A DNA stretch of 64,000 nt from Candidatus Adlerbacteria bacterium (GCA_026397405.1 JAPLUW010000001.1:43138-107137); one strand, 5' to 3'; numbered from the stretch's first letter, positions 19,262-28,612 are shown. A program made the numbers and translations. The notes: generated by a model not told the origin, from the sequence alone.

Positions 19262-19380
19262 GACGGTCTCCTTTCAAGAGACTGTGGGTTTGAGACCCGG
19301 TTGACTGATTGACTTACAACGAGCGAAAATTGCCGGTCCGAGAGATAAGATTCTAAGGCCTTAACTCACGGTACTTCCCA

Positions 19381-19409
19381 ATTATAAACCCATTTAAGAT
19401 ATTTGTCAA
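19381..19409 (-). promoter_or_regulatory. Consensus sigma70 promoter driving 18458-19261
   Basis: TTGACA-17 nt-TATAAT on the minus strand. Confidence 0.8.
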
Positions 19410-19439
19410 GGGGTGTCGTTTGGGACACATTTGGAGGCC

Positions 19440-19459
19440 CCTGCCCGCCGGCAGGCAGG
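19440..19459. repeat. Short palindromic element CCTGCCCGCCGGCAGGCAGG
   Basis: Near-perfect palindrome abutting a -35 box. Confidence 0.65.
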
Positions 19460-19460
19460 C

Positions 19461-19489
19461 TTGACAAGCCTTTTCAATTATGCTAGGGT
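19461..19489 (+). promoter_or_regulatory. Sigma70-type promoter (leaderless transcript)
   Basis: TTGACA-17 nt-TAGGGT with TGn extension, 7 nt before ATG 19497. Confidence 0.65.
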
Positions 19490-19496
19490 TCCTGGT

Positions 19497-20666
19497 ATGT
19501 CAGAACACACAACCTTTAAGGACTGGGCGCTCCGCGTTATTTCTATACTCGGTCTTATCGCTATTTTGATCCTTGGCGCATGGGGCATTATCCAAATTGC
19601 CTTCGTACTCGCAGGGTTTTTAGGTAATGCAAGCGAGTCGGCATCAAACACTCCTGCTGTTACAAACACTGTCGTTAAAGTAGAACAGGTTATTGTCACT
19701 TCCCCTTCAACCATTACGTCGGGAGTTCCCTTTACACTTTCTTTCGCACATGAAAATGCAACAGGCAACTACAGCTACGGTATCTCCTACTCATGTGCAG
19801 CAGGCTTGAGCATTGCAGCCCCACTTCCAACCGGCGGTACACAAAACGTGCCGTGCGACACTCCGTTTAACTACACAAACGCTACTGCGCAGCAGCTCAC
19901 CGCAACACTTACCGGCAAGACACAGGTAAACACAACCTTTAGCGTTGGGGCAAAAAATCTAAGCACTCTTGCCATAACTGCAACGGGCACTGCCGGCGCA
20001 ACTGTGTTGCCAACTGTTTCAACCACAGCTGTAAAACCTGCAGCAACTACTCCCGCTGTGACAAAGCCTGCGGCAACTACACCCGGTAGCACCTACATTG
20101 CTGCAAAACGCACAACAACGTTGTACGGCCAGCCAGACTTGGCAGTGTCGACAGGCTCGGTTACACAAACAGGTGGACGCTACTCGGTGCAGTTTACTGT
20201 GCAGAACGTGGGCACCAATGTTACCCCTTCAAACTGGACCTTTAACGCAGTGTTGCCAACGTCACCTGCATATACCTACACGTCGGACGCACAGCGCGCA
20301 CTCTACCCGGGAGACAAAATTGTCTACACTCTTGGCTTTACAATCTCGCCTGGCGGCGGACAGGTGCAAAATAATTCGTACTCGGCCTACACTGTAAACA
20401 ATCCCTCATACGGCTACCAATATCAGTACGGCAACCAAAACGGTGCGTACACCTACCCTGCAAACTGCGCATACACAAACAACTACACCTACAACGGCCA
20501 GTACACCTACCCTGGCGCTGCGTTTGGATGCACCACAAACAACACTGGCTACAACGCCAACTACAATTACGGATATTCAAACGGCACAATGACAGTGCAG
20601 GTTGACCCATACAACTACGTGTACGAAAGTTCAGAAAACAACAACGCGGTAAACATCTCGCTCTAA
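19497..20666 (+). CDS. Membrane-anchored Thr-rich surface protein with CARDB-like Ig domain
   Basis: N-terminal TM; PDLAV...VQFTVQNVG...VQVDPYNYVYESSENNN CARDB-like pattern with a Tyr/Asn-rich insert. Confidence 0.75.
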   Translation: MSEHTTFKDWALRVISILGLIAILILGAWGIIQIAFVLAGFLGNASESASNTPAVTNTVVKVEQVIVTSPSTITSGVPFTLSFAHENATGNYSYGISYSCAAGLSIAAPLPTGGTQNVPCDTPFNYTNATAQQLTATLTGKTQVNTTFSVGAKNLSTLAITATGTAGATVLPTVSTTAVKPAATTPAVTKPAATTPGSTYIAAKRTTTLYGQPDLAVSTGSVTQTGGRYSVQFTVQNVGTNVTPSNWTFNAVLPTSPAYTYTSDAQRALYPGDKIVYTLGFTISPGGGQVQNNSYSAYTVNNPSYGYQYQYGNQNGAYTYPANCAYTNNYTYNGQYTYPGAAFGCTTNNTGYNANYNYGYSNGTMTVQVDPYNYVYESSENNNAVNISL

Positions 20667-20679
20667 ATCGAGAAATAGA

Positions 20680-20756
20680 AAAACAAAACACCTATAAAAG
20701 TGTGCGCTCCGGGCCGCTAGGCCGAGTCCAACCCACTTTTATAGGTGTTTTGTTTT
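20680..20756. terminator. Long inverted repeat / bidirectional terminator
   Basis: Perfect 23-bp stem AAAACAAAACACCTATAAAAGTG / CACTTTTATAGGTGTTTTGTTTT with a 31-nt loop, between convergent genes. Confidence 0.75.
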
Positions 20757-20763
20757 GTAGATA

Positions 20764-22851
20764 TTAAATATCCAAGTTTGCGCTGCGTGCGTTGCTTTGG
20801 ATAAACGACTTACGTGACGGCACGTCTTCGCCCATCAAGATTTCAAATATACGGTCAGCGTCGGCTGCGTCTGTAATGTTGACCTGCTTCAAGATGCGGT
20901 TTGCTGGGTTCATCGTTGTCTCCCACAGCTCGTCGGGGTTCATTTCTCCAAGACCTTTGTAGCGCTGGATACGAAATTTATTTGAACTCTTTTTAGACTT
21001 CGCAGAGCTCTCCGCGTCAGCCTCGGGCTCCGTATCCGAGTTCTGCTCAGCCGCCTCTTCCTCACCTTCACCTTCTATTTCAATCTCAGCGTCTTTGCCA
21101 AGCACTTTGTTTTTTTCCTCGTCAGAATATACATACTGCGCGCTTTTACCACGTGAGATTTTGTACAGCGGCGGTTGGGCAATGTAGACAAAGCCCCCGT
21201 CCACAATCGGTTTAAAGTGGCGGTACAACAACGTCAAAAGAAGTGTGCGGATGTGCGCACCGTCCACGTCGGCGTCGGTTGCGATAATTATTTTATGGTA
21301 GCGAAGTTTTTCTAAATTAAAGGTTTCGCCAATGGCTGTGCCGAGCGCCACAACCAAGTTTTTTATTTGCTCGGAGGCTAGCATTTTGTCCAAACGTGCG
21401 CGTTCAACGTTTAAAATTTTACCGCGCAGTGGAAGTATTGCCTGTATACGGCGGTCGCGACCCTGCTTGGCCGAGCCACCTGCCGAGTCTCCTTCCACAA
21501 CAAACAGCTCCGACTCTGACGCGTCTTTGCTTTGGCAGTCGGCAAGTTTGCCTGGCAGTGTCATGCCTTCGAGTGCGCCCTTGCGGAGTACCGAGTCTTT
21601 TGCGGCCTTTGCTGCCTTGCGAGCCTTAAGTGCAAGAATAGATTTCTGGATGATTGCCCGCGCATCGTCGGGGTTTTCCTCCATAAATTCGTTAAACGCT
21701 TCAGCAAACACACCGGCCACAGCAGCCTGTGCTTCCACACTGCCAAGCTTGCCCTTGGTCTGACCTTCAAACTGAATTTCTGCAAGCTTTACGGAAATAA
21801 CTGCGGTCAAACCTTCAAGCACGTCGTCGCCTGTCAGGTTTTCTTCGCTTTCTTTCAAGACATTATTTTTGCGACCGTAGGCATTAAGCGTACGAGTCAG
21901 TGCAGTTTTAAAACCGGTAACGTGCGTACCGCCTTCGGCGGTGTAGATATTGTTTGCAAACGGGAACACACGCGACGAAATGTCATCGGTATATTGCAAC
22001 GCAATTTCAACCGCAACGTTGTCCTGCTCTTTTTCGATATAGAAAATATTTTTATGAACGGGCTTTTGGTAGCGGTTGTGGAACGAAATAAGCGAACGCA
22101 AGCCGCCTTCGAAATAAAATGTCTGCGACGGATAGTCGTGGAGCTGGTCGCGGATAAAAAGTTCGTCTCCAGCTTTCGGAAGCTTCATCCCGCTTTTACG
22201 AGCATCGATGATAGTGATACGCAGCCCCTTTACCAAGTACGCTTGTTCGCGCAAGTGCGACACTATTTTGTCGAAGTTAAATTCAACAGTTGAAAAAATG
22301 CTCGGGTCAGCCTGGAAGGAAGTAACCGTGCCGTGCAATTTTGACGAGCCAATTTTTTTGACCGCGGCCTTCTTTTTACCTATGGCATATTCCTGCACAT
22401 GGGCGCCGCCGTCGCGATGGACTTCTGCACGCAAGTAGGTCGAAAGCGCGTTAACAACCGACGCACCTACGCCGTGCAAACCGCCCGAGACCTTGTACCC
22501 TTCGCCACCGAATTTACCGCCGGCGTGCAGCGTAGTCATGATTGTTTCCAAGGCAGAAACTTTGGTTGCTTTGTGTACGTCTACCGGGATACCGCGGCCG
22601 TTGTCGGCAACGCGGATAGTTGCAGCACCACCCTCTTCGCCAGGCAAAAGCACCACTTCAATATCGTCGGCAAAACCGCCCATGGCTTCGTCGCGGGAGT
22701 TGTCGAAGACTTCCCAAATAAGGTGGTGCAGACCGTCGGGACCCGTAGTCCCAATGTACATGCCCGGCCGGCGGCGTACTGCCTCCAAGCCTTCAAGGAC
22801 GGTAATAGACGACGCGTCGTAATTAGATTTCTTCGCTTTTTCAGCTGCCAT
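20764..22851 (-). CDS. gyrB: DNA gyrase subunit B
   Basis: LEAVRRRPGMYIG, DNGRGIP, SGGLHGVG, VEGDSAGG, TDADVDG, RYKGLGEM. Confidence 0.96.
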   Translation of the reverse strand: MAAEKAKKSNYDASSITVLEGLEAVRRRPGMYIGTTGPDGLHHLIWEVFDNSRDEAMGGFADDIEVVLLPGEEGGAATIRVADNGRGIPVDVHKATKVSALETIMTTLHAGGKFGGEGYKVSGGLHGVGASVVNALSTYLRAEVHRDGGAHVQEYAIGKKKAAVKKIGSSKLHGTVTSFQADPSIFSTVEFNFDKIVSHLREQAYLVKGLRITIIDARKSGMKLPKAGDELFIRDQLHDYPSQTFYFEGGLRSLISFHNRYQKPVHKNIFYIEKEQDNVAVEIALQYTDDISSRVFPFANNIYTAEGGTHVTGFKTALTRTLNAYGRKNNVLKESEENLTGDDVLEGLTAVISVKLAEIQFEGQTKGKLGSVEAQAAVAGVFAEAFNEFMEENPDDARAIIQKSILALKARKAAKAAKDSVLRKGALEGMTLPGKLADCQSKDASESELFVVEGDSAGGSAKQGRDRRIQAILPLRGKILNVERARLDKMLASEQIKNLVVALGTAIGETFNLEKLRYHKIIIATDADVDGAHIRTLLLTLLYRHFKPIVDGGFVYIAQPPLYKISRGKSAQYVYSDEEKNKVLGKDAEIEIEGEGEEEAAEQNSDTEPEADAESSAKSKKSSNKFRIQRYKGLGEMNPDELWETTMNPANRILKQVNITDAADADRIFEILMGEDVPSRKSFIQSNARSANLDI

Positions 22852-22876
22852 AATGTCCCTTTATTCTACCAAATTT

Positions 22877-24697
22877 TTAGCGAACCTCAAAGCCCTTTCC
22901 CACCAAAATATGGCTTATTTCTTCCATTATTTTGTTGACTTCGACTTCAGTTAGTGTCCTGTCAAACGACTGGAAAATAAGGCGAAATGCGAGCGAAGTT
23001 TTTTCACCTTTGCTGAATGTGTCGAAGAGAGAAATTTTTGAACACAGCTCCCCCGCTTCTGTCTTTATCATCTCCGCAACATTTTTTTCGTCAGTCCCGG
23101 CAGGTGTCCAAAATGCCACGTCGCGCACAATGTATGGGTACTTTGAAAACGGTATGTATTGCACCGCTGTTGAAAGTGGCAAGTTTTGGTATTCAGCAGG
23201 AAACACATCCGGCGCATGCATCTGGAGAGGCTCTTCCATAGCTGGTTCTTTTTCGGTCACGATTCCGACCATCTGTACTTCCTTTCCATCATTCCCGCCT
23301 CGACTCGACGTCTCCGGCGAGGCGGGCCACACGACTCCAATTTCGAAAAGTTTTACTTCTTTTAGTCCCAGCAATTCTTTGTTTGGGATATTTTTCTTGC
23401 ACGCAGCGTTGAGTCCGTCGACAAGCGTGGTGCGTAGGTACGGGTTAACGCCGTCGACTTTATTTAAGACGACCCTCTCCCCTTTCGGTGCAAAAACACT
23501 AGTAAAGACTTCCGAGTATCCTGCCGCAAGCAACTCTTCGCGAACTTTTTCTGCTGTGTAAAAGTTTTGATTTATTTCAGGAGTTTTCTCAAATGTCGGA
23601 AGCGGAGTTGCGGGGATTTTGTCGTAGCCAACAATACGGCCAACTTCTTCGATCAAGTCTTCAGCAATAATCAAGTCGAGCCGCTCAAATGGTGGCTGCA
23701 CTTCAAACACGCCCTCCTGCTCTTTATATGCAAGACCGAGGCGCGTAAACACGTCAGCAATATCTGCACCGGTAAAATCAGCACCCAAGACTTTGTTTAT
23801 CTGCTCGACCGTAACTGCAACGTAGGTTTGTTTCTGCGGCTCTGGGTATACATCTACAAAGCCTTGCACCTCGCCGCCGATTTGGTGTGCAATAAATTCC
23901 AACATCCCTTTCATACCTTCTGCTGCAAGTCCGGGAGAGATTCCTTGTTCGAACCGTGCCGATGCATCGGTGCGCAATTTTAGTGCCGCGGCACTTTTGC
24001 GCACAGTAACTCCGTCAAAATTTGCTGACTCGATAACGATATCTTGTGTGTCTGCCGTAATACCTGCAGGCATACCACCTTTGATACCTGCAATACCAAC
24101 AGGTATGTCACCTGCAGTTATCACAAGCGTTGAGTCATTTAGTGTGTATTCTTTTTCATCGAGTGCGAGCATTTTCTCGCCTGCTTTTGCCAGGCGCACC
24201 CCAATGTCCAAGCTGCCCAATTTGCGTGCATCAAACGCATGCAAGGGCTGGCCTGTGTTAAACATCACAAAGTTTGTCGCATCGACAACGTTGTTTATGG
24301 AGCGTTGGCCAATTGCTTCGAGTCTTTCCTTCAACCACTTTGGTGAGGGCCCTACTTTTACACCTTTTATGTAGCCGGCAATATAGCGTTTACACAAATT
24401 ACTTTGTATCGAAACAGAGACTTCAGCGGTCTTTTTAGAAAGATCTCCACTAACAGCAAAAGGGTCATGCGCAAGCGGGAGTTTTAAAATTGCCGAAAGC
24501 TCTTTTGCGATACCGCGGTGCGAAAGGGCGTCGTGTCCGCGGTTTGGGGTGACTTTTACATCCAGTACTTCATCCTCGCCCACTTTTTCAACCCCATCTA
24601 TTTCAAATGCATGGAATGTAAGTGCGTCGGAAAGTTTCTCTGCGTCAGGCAAAGGTGCATCAAAAAATTTATCTAGCCAGAGTTTGCTTACTTTCAT
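22877..24697 (-). CDS. pheT: Phenylalanyl-tRNA synthetase beta subunit (lacks the tRNA-binding OB domain)
   Basis: TPNRGHD, B3/4 GQPLHAFD, B5 EDLIEEVGRIVGY, C-terminal FDX-ACB domain. Confidence 0.95.
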   Translation of the reverse strand: MKVSKLWLDKFFDAPLPDAEKLSDALTFHAFEIDGVEKVGEDEVLDVKVTPNRGHDALSHRGIAKELSAILKLPLAHDPFAVSGDLSKKTAEVSVSIQSNLCKRYIAGYIKGVKVGPSPKWLKERLEAIGQRSINNVVDATNFVMFNTGQPLHAFDARKLGSLDIGVRLAKAGEKMLALDEKEYTLNDSTLVITAGDIPVGIAGIKGGMPAGITADTQDIVIESANFDGVTVRKSAAALKLRTDASARFEQGISPGLAAEGMKGMLEFIAHQIGGEVQGFVDVYPEPQKQTYVAVTVEQINKVLGADFTGADIADVFTRLGLAYKEQEGVFEVQPPFERLDLIIAEDLIEEVGRIVGYDKIPATPLPTFEKTPEINQNFYTAEKVREELLAAGYSEVFTSVFAPKGERVVLNKVDGVNPYLRTTLVDGLNAACKKNIPNKELLGLKEVKLFEIGVVWPASPETSSRGGNDGKEVQMVGIVTEKEPAMEEPLQMHAPDVFPAEYQNLPLSTAVQYIPFSKYPYIVRDVAFWTPAGTDEKNVAEMIKTEAGELCSKISLFDTFSKGEKTSLAFRLIFQSFDRTLTEVEVNKIMEEISHILVGKGFEVR

Positions 24698-24701
24698 ATA
24701 A

Positions 24702-25439
24702 TTAAAACTGGTTTACAAACCGCAGGTCAGCCAAATGCATCAAACGGATGTCGTCGATTGCCCAACGCAAAATAGCCAAACGGTCGAGACCCATGCCGAA
24801 TGCAAACCCACGATATTTCTGTGGGTCGAGGCCGGCATTTTTGATAACGTTTGGGTGCACCATACCTGCACCCATCATCTCGATCCATTTATTGCGGAGT
24901 TTCTCTGGAACTTTTTCGCCCACCAGGCGCATATCCACCTCAACGCTAGGTTCGGTAAACGGAAAAAAGCTCGGGCGGAACCGTACTTCGACTTCCACAC
25001 CTTTAAATAATTCTTTAAAAAATTGTTCGAGAGTGCCTTTCAAGTGCCCGAGTGTAATATCTTCTCCCACAGCAAGTCCTTCGATTTGAAAAAACTCCGC
25101 TTCATGCGTCATGTCGGTGGCTTCGTTGCGGAACACTTTCCCAGGCACAATAACTCGGTACGGTGGTTGAATATTTTTCTGTAATTGTGCTTCCATGTAG
25201 CGAACCTGCACAGGTGAGGTGTGTGTGCGCAGTACCGTCTCTTTTTCGTCCTTAACAAAAAAAGTATCCTGCATATCGCGGGCTGGGTGGTCCTTGGGTA
25301 CGTTAAGCGCGTCAAAGTTGTACCACTCCTTTTCCACGAGAGGGCCTTCGGCAAAGGTAAAACCCATCTCGGAGAAGATGTTGTTGGCTTCGCGTATGAG
25401 CGAGCTTATTGGGTGCAGGTGTCCGCGCGACGTTTCCAT
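24702..25439 (-). CDS. pheS: Phenylalanyl-tRNA synthetase alpha subunit (short, no N-terminal coiled coil)
   Basis: GHLHPI, HPARDMQDTF, LRTHTSPVQ, FRPSFFPFTEPS, GFAFGMGLDR. Confidence 0.96.
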   Translation of the reverse strand: METSRGHLHPISSLIREANNIFSEMGFTFAEGPLVEKEWYNFDALNVPKDHPARDMQDTFFVKDEKETVLRTHTSPVQVRYMEAQLQKNIQPPYRVIVPGKVFRNEATDMTHEAEFFQIEGLAVGEDITLGHLKGTLEQFFKELFKGVEVEVRFRPSFFPFTEPSVEVDMRLVGEKVPEKLRNKWIEMMGAGMVHPNVIKNAGLDPQKYRGFAFGMGLDRLAILRWAIDDIRLMHLADLRFVNQF

Positions 25440-25446
25440 AAACAGC

Positions 25447-25461
25447 ATTATACGGTATAAT
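25447..25461. promoter_or_regulatory. Back-to-back -10 boxes for divergent leaderless genes
   Basis: TATAAT on each strand, 7 and 6 nt from the ATGs at 25439 and 25468. Confidence 0.7.
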
Positions 25462-25467
25462 CGTCAA

Positions 25468-26700
25468 ATGGACATCGGGGCATTTGGCATATATATATGC
25501 CTGTTTATTGGGCTTTATTTCGAGGTGTTCCTCCTTATTTCGTTCTTGGAGAGACGCCCCGAGGTAAAGTCTGCGGCTACGCCAAAACGCTACCCAAGCG
25601 TCTCTATTTTGGTGCCTTCGTTTAATGAAGAAAAAACAATAGCAGGAACCCTGCAGTCCCTGCTTGACCTGACCTACCCAAAAGACAAACTTGAAATAGT
25701 AGTGATTAACGACGGCTCAAAAGACAAAACAGCCGAAATCGCAGCACGTTTTGCCGCTGAACACCCGCAAATAAAACTCCTCAATAAAGAAAACGGCGGG
25801 AAATACACAGCTCTCAACGTAGGTATTGAACATTCGAGCGCCGAACTTATCGGTTGTCTCGACGCAGATTCCTTCGTTGCAAAAGACGCACTCGTGGAAG
25901 CAGTAAAGCAGTTTGAAACAGACTCCTCTATTATGGCTATTACTCCAGCGATGAAAGTGTACCAACCACGCAAAGTTCTTGAACTCATGCAGTCTGTTGA
26001 ATATATGTTCGGCATCTTTTATAAAAAAATGTTTGACAACCTTTCTGCAATTAACGTGCTCCCTGGACCTTTTTCAATATATAAAAGCGATGTGTTTAGA
26101 AAGATAGGCGGCTTTAAACATGCACACAATACCGAGGATATGGAGATAACCTTCCGCATGCACGCGCACGGTCTGCGCATCGCCAACGCCCATACAGCGC
26201 TTGTATACACAACCGTACCAAACACGGTTGCCGCATTGGTTAAACAACGCACCCGTTGGTCGCAAGGATTCCTGCAAAACTCCCGTGACTATTCATATAT
26301 GTTTTTCAATCCGCGTTTTGGTAATTTTGGCATGCTGGTACTCCCCTTCGGGCTCATCGCCTTTTGCGCCGGGCTCTACACAGCAAGCTACGCTTTATAC
26401 CGCGCCGTAAGCTTTGTCCTAACCCGAGCGCTCGACATGTTTGCCACACACATACCACCACACCTATCCACGCCGCATCTGCAATGGTTTTATATCAACA
26501 CAAGCATGATGACCTTCCTGGTTATTACGGTGCTTGGCATGACATTTGTCGCAATATTCCTTGGGCAGCACATTACAAAAAGCCGGCTTTCAATTACCTC
26601 TTTTGTTTCCTACTTTGTTTTGTTTGGATTAATCGCACCGCTATGGCTTGCCCGCGCAGCATGGGGAGCACTTCGCGCACAGGAAAGCGCCTGGAGATAA
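25468..26700 (+). CDS. Processive GT2 glycosyltransferase (PgaC/IcaA/cellulose-synthase-like)
   Basis: PSFNEE, NDGSKD, DAD, TED, QRTRW; flanking TMs. Confidence 0.9.
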   Translation: MDIGAFGIYICLFIGLYFEVFLLISFLERRPEVKSAATPKRYPSVSILVPSFNEEKTIAGTLQSLLDLTYPKDKLEIVVINDGSKDKTAEIAARFAAEHPQIKLLNKENGGKYTALNVGIEHSSAELIGCLDADSFVAKDALVEAVKQFETDSSIMAITPAMKVYQPRKVLELMQSVEYMFGIFYKKMFDNLSAINVLPGPFSIYKSDVFRKIGGFKHAHNTEDMEITFRMHAHGLRIANAHTALVYTTVPNTVAALVKQRTRWSQGFLQNSRDYSYMFFNPRFGNFGMLVLPFGLIAFCAGLYTASYALYRAVSFVLTRALDMFATHIPPHLSTPHLQWFYINTSMMTFLVITVLGMTFVAIFLGQHITKSRLSITSFVSYFVLFGLIAPLWLARAAWGALRAQESAWR

Positions 26701-26704
26701 TACT

Positions 26705-27388
26705 ATGGCTTGGAAAAGATACATTTTAGCGTTTTGTATTACTGCCGCTATTTTTGGCACAGCATTTTATATTGCGCAGCGCATTGATGCAGGGCGCATT
26801 GCGGACATCCGGGCAACGGAAGAAAGTATTTCGATCGACATCCTTTCGAGCGAAACACAGTTTGAACTGCTCGGGCACCTCGACTGCAAAATAATTGCCG
26901 AAAACCCAGTGCTTTCAGACGAGCTTAACTCTCTCGCATCCCGACTTTCTGTCGCAGAAGAAAATTTGGGCGCTACCAACAAAGAGGTTATCAATTTGAA
27001 AGAGCAATATTCCCTACTTGAAATTAAAGACTATCTTTTGCTGCAGCAAATTTCAGAAAAATGCCATTCGAAGCCAGTCTTCGTGCTGTACTTTTACTCT
27101 AACGCAGGTGACTGCAAAGACTGCGGCCGCATGGGGCAAGAGCTTTCCTACTTGCGAGAAATTTACCCAGGACTCCGCGTATATTCGTTCGACTACAACT
27201 TAGACCTCTCGGCAGTAAAAACACTTATTGCATTACAAAAACTACAAGGCCCGTTGCCTGCATTTATAGTTAATAACCGCGCACCGGTGTACGGTTTTAA
27301 AACCCTCGACGAGGTTGAAAAACTTATCCCAGAGCTAAAGACCCTCGCAACCTCAACCGCCGCAACTTCTACAAAAGCTTCAAACTAG
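26705..27388 (+). CDS. Membrane-anchored protein with coiled coil and thioredoxin-like CxxC domain
   Basis: N-terminal TM; YFYS...CKDC...LPAFIVN. Confidence 0.75.
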   Translation: MAWKRYILAFCITAAIFGTAFYIAQRIDAGRIADIRATEESISIDILSSETQFELLGHLDCKIIAENPVLSDELNSLASRLSVAEENLGATNKEVINLKEQYSLLEIKDYLLLQQISEKCHSKPVFVLYFYSNAGDCKDCGRMGQELSYLREIYPGLRVYSFDYNLDLSAVKTLIALQKLQGPLPAFIVNNRAPVYGFKTLDEVEKLIPELKTLATSTAATSTKASN

Positions 27389-27390
27389 AC

Positions 27391-27409
27391 TTTGGAGCCG
27401 CCTCCCAGA
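27391..27409 (-). repeat. 19-bp duplicate of the tRNA-Thr 3' end (att-like)
   Basis: TTTGGAGCCGCCTCCCAGA at 27391-27409 and 27484-27502. Confidence 0.85.
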
Positions 27410-27485
27410 ACCTCACATCCTCGGAAACCCGCGGTTTTCCGACGCTTCGCTGCCTTCCTCCACGAGGAAAATTTATTCTAAATTT

Positions 27486-27561
27486 TGGAGCCGCCTCCCA
27501 GATTTGAACTGGGGACCTTCTCTTTACAAAAGAGTTGCTCTACCAACTGAGCTAAGGCGGC
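27486..27561 (-). tRNA. tRNA-Thr (UGU)
   Basis: GCCGCCTTAGCTCAGTTGGTAGAGC-A-ACTCT-TTTGTAA-AGAGA-AGGTCCCCAGTTCAAATCTGGGAGGCGGCTCCA; 76 nt, encoded CCA. Confidence 0.97.
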
Positions 27562-27569
27562 ACGTGCTA

Positions 27570-27983
27570 CTATTCTTTAATCTTTTTTTCTCTGGGCTTC
27601 CGACGTAGCAACCTGCGTTTATGTTCGGCTACCTCGCGTAAAAATGCCGACGCTTCCTTGCTGCTTTTTGGGTGGTCGGTTGCACCGCGTATTGTGTCGA
27701 GCGTGTGCTCGAGCCCCCGCTCTGCCGCAAGTACCCCGCGTGCAATTGTCCTGTGTGTCCACGCGCGCACTACAGCGACTGTTCTCTGCCCGTGGTGCGC
27801 CGCAAGCGCCGGGAGTACGCGCTCTACCCAGAGCAAAAATACATGCGCCATGGTGCCCACCGTGGGCCGCACCCGTGCCAAGAATAGCACGTTCCCTGTC
27901 TTTAGCTCCCAGCGTTTAACCGCCAAAAGCGACAAGAGCCCGACTATCGACACAAACAGCATTGTGGTGAAAAAGAACACCAT
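27570..27983 (-). CDS. Hypothetical membrane-anchored basic protein
   Basis: N-terminal TM, co-directional with tsf, TATACT 7 nt upstream. Confidence 0.75.
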   Translation of the reverse strand: MVFFFTTMLFVSIVGLLSLLAVKRWELKTGNVLFLARVRPTVGTMAHVFLLWVERVLPALAAHHGQRTVAVVRAWTHRTIARGVLAAERGLEHTLDTIRGATDHPKSSKEASAFLREVAEHKRRLLRRKPREKKIKE

Positions 27984-28001
27984 AGAACCCAGTATATAGT
28001 A

Positions 28002-28586
28002 CTATTTAACCGAAAAACAACCGAGCTTGCTTACCTCGACACGTTCGCCAAACTTCTGTGCAGCATCGAGCAAGAGCTGCGCCACAGTCTTGCTATCGTC
28101 TTTGATAAACGGCTGCTCGAGCAGCACTATTTCTTTCAAACGCGACTGCACTTTGCCAGCAAGAATCTGCTCGCGCAAATTTTCTGGCTTGTCTGCTACC
28201 GCGGGCAAAAAGATTGTTTCAAGCTCTTTAAGCGCAGCTTCGCCTACATCTTCGCGCGCAATATATTCGGGCTTTGTTGCAGCCGCATGCATCGCAATAT
28301 CGCGGCAGAGTTTAATAAAATCTTCGTTCTTTGAGACAAAGTCAGTCTCGCAGGAAAGCATAACCATAGCACCAACCTGGCCAGTGTTGTGGATATATGA
28401 GGCAACAGTACCTGCACCAAACGAACGGTCTCCTTTTTTGCGTGCAATTTCTGCACTGCGGCGTGAAAGGACGACAATAGCTTTGTCCATGTCACCACCC
28501 GCTTCTTCAAGCGCCTTTTTGCATTCCATGACAGAAATGCCTGTTTTGTCGCGGAGCTCTTTTACTACATCTGCACTGACTGCCAT
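28002..28586 (-). CDS. tsf: Elongation factor Ts (short form)
   Basis: VKELRDKTGISVMECKKAL, CETDFV, LLEQPFIKD. Confidence 0.96.
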   Translation of the reverse strand: MAVSADVVKELRDKTGISVMECKKALEEAGGDMDKAIVVLSRRSAEIARKKGDRSFGAGTVASYIHNTGQVGAMVMLSCETDFVSKNEDFIKLCRDIAMHAAATKPEYIAREDVGEAALKELETIFLPAVADKPENLREQILAGKVQSRLKEIVLLEQPFIKDDSKTVAQLLLDAAQKFGERVEVSKLGCFSVK

Positions 28587-28612
28587 ATATATATTATGTT
28601 AGGGCTAAAGAA

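Noticed and set aside
22170-22185. Hairpin AGCTT-TCGG-AAGCT in a gyrB variable loop as another palindromic insert
   Set aside because: A 5-bp stem is expected by chance and cannot be supported without an ortholog alignment.
27391-27561. Prophage or genomic island at tRNA-Thr
   Set aside because: Only 74 bp lie between the repeats and there is no integrase.
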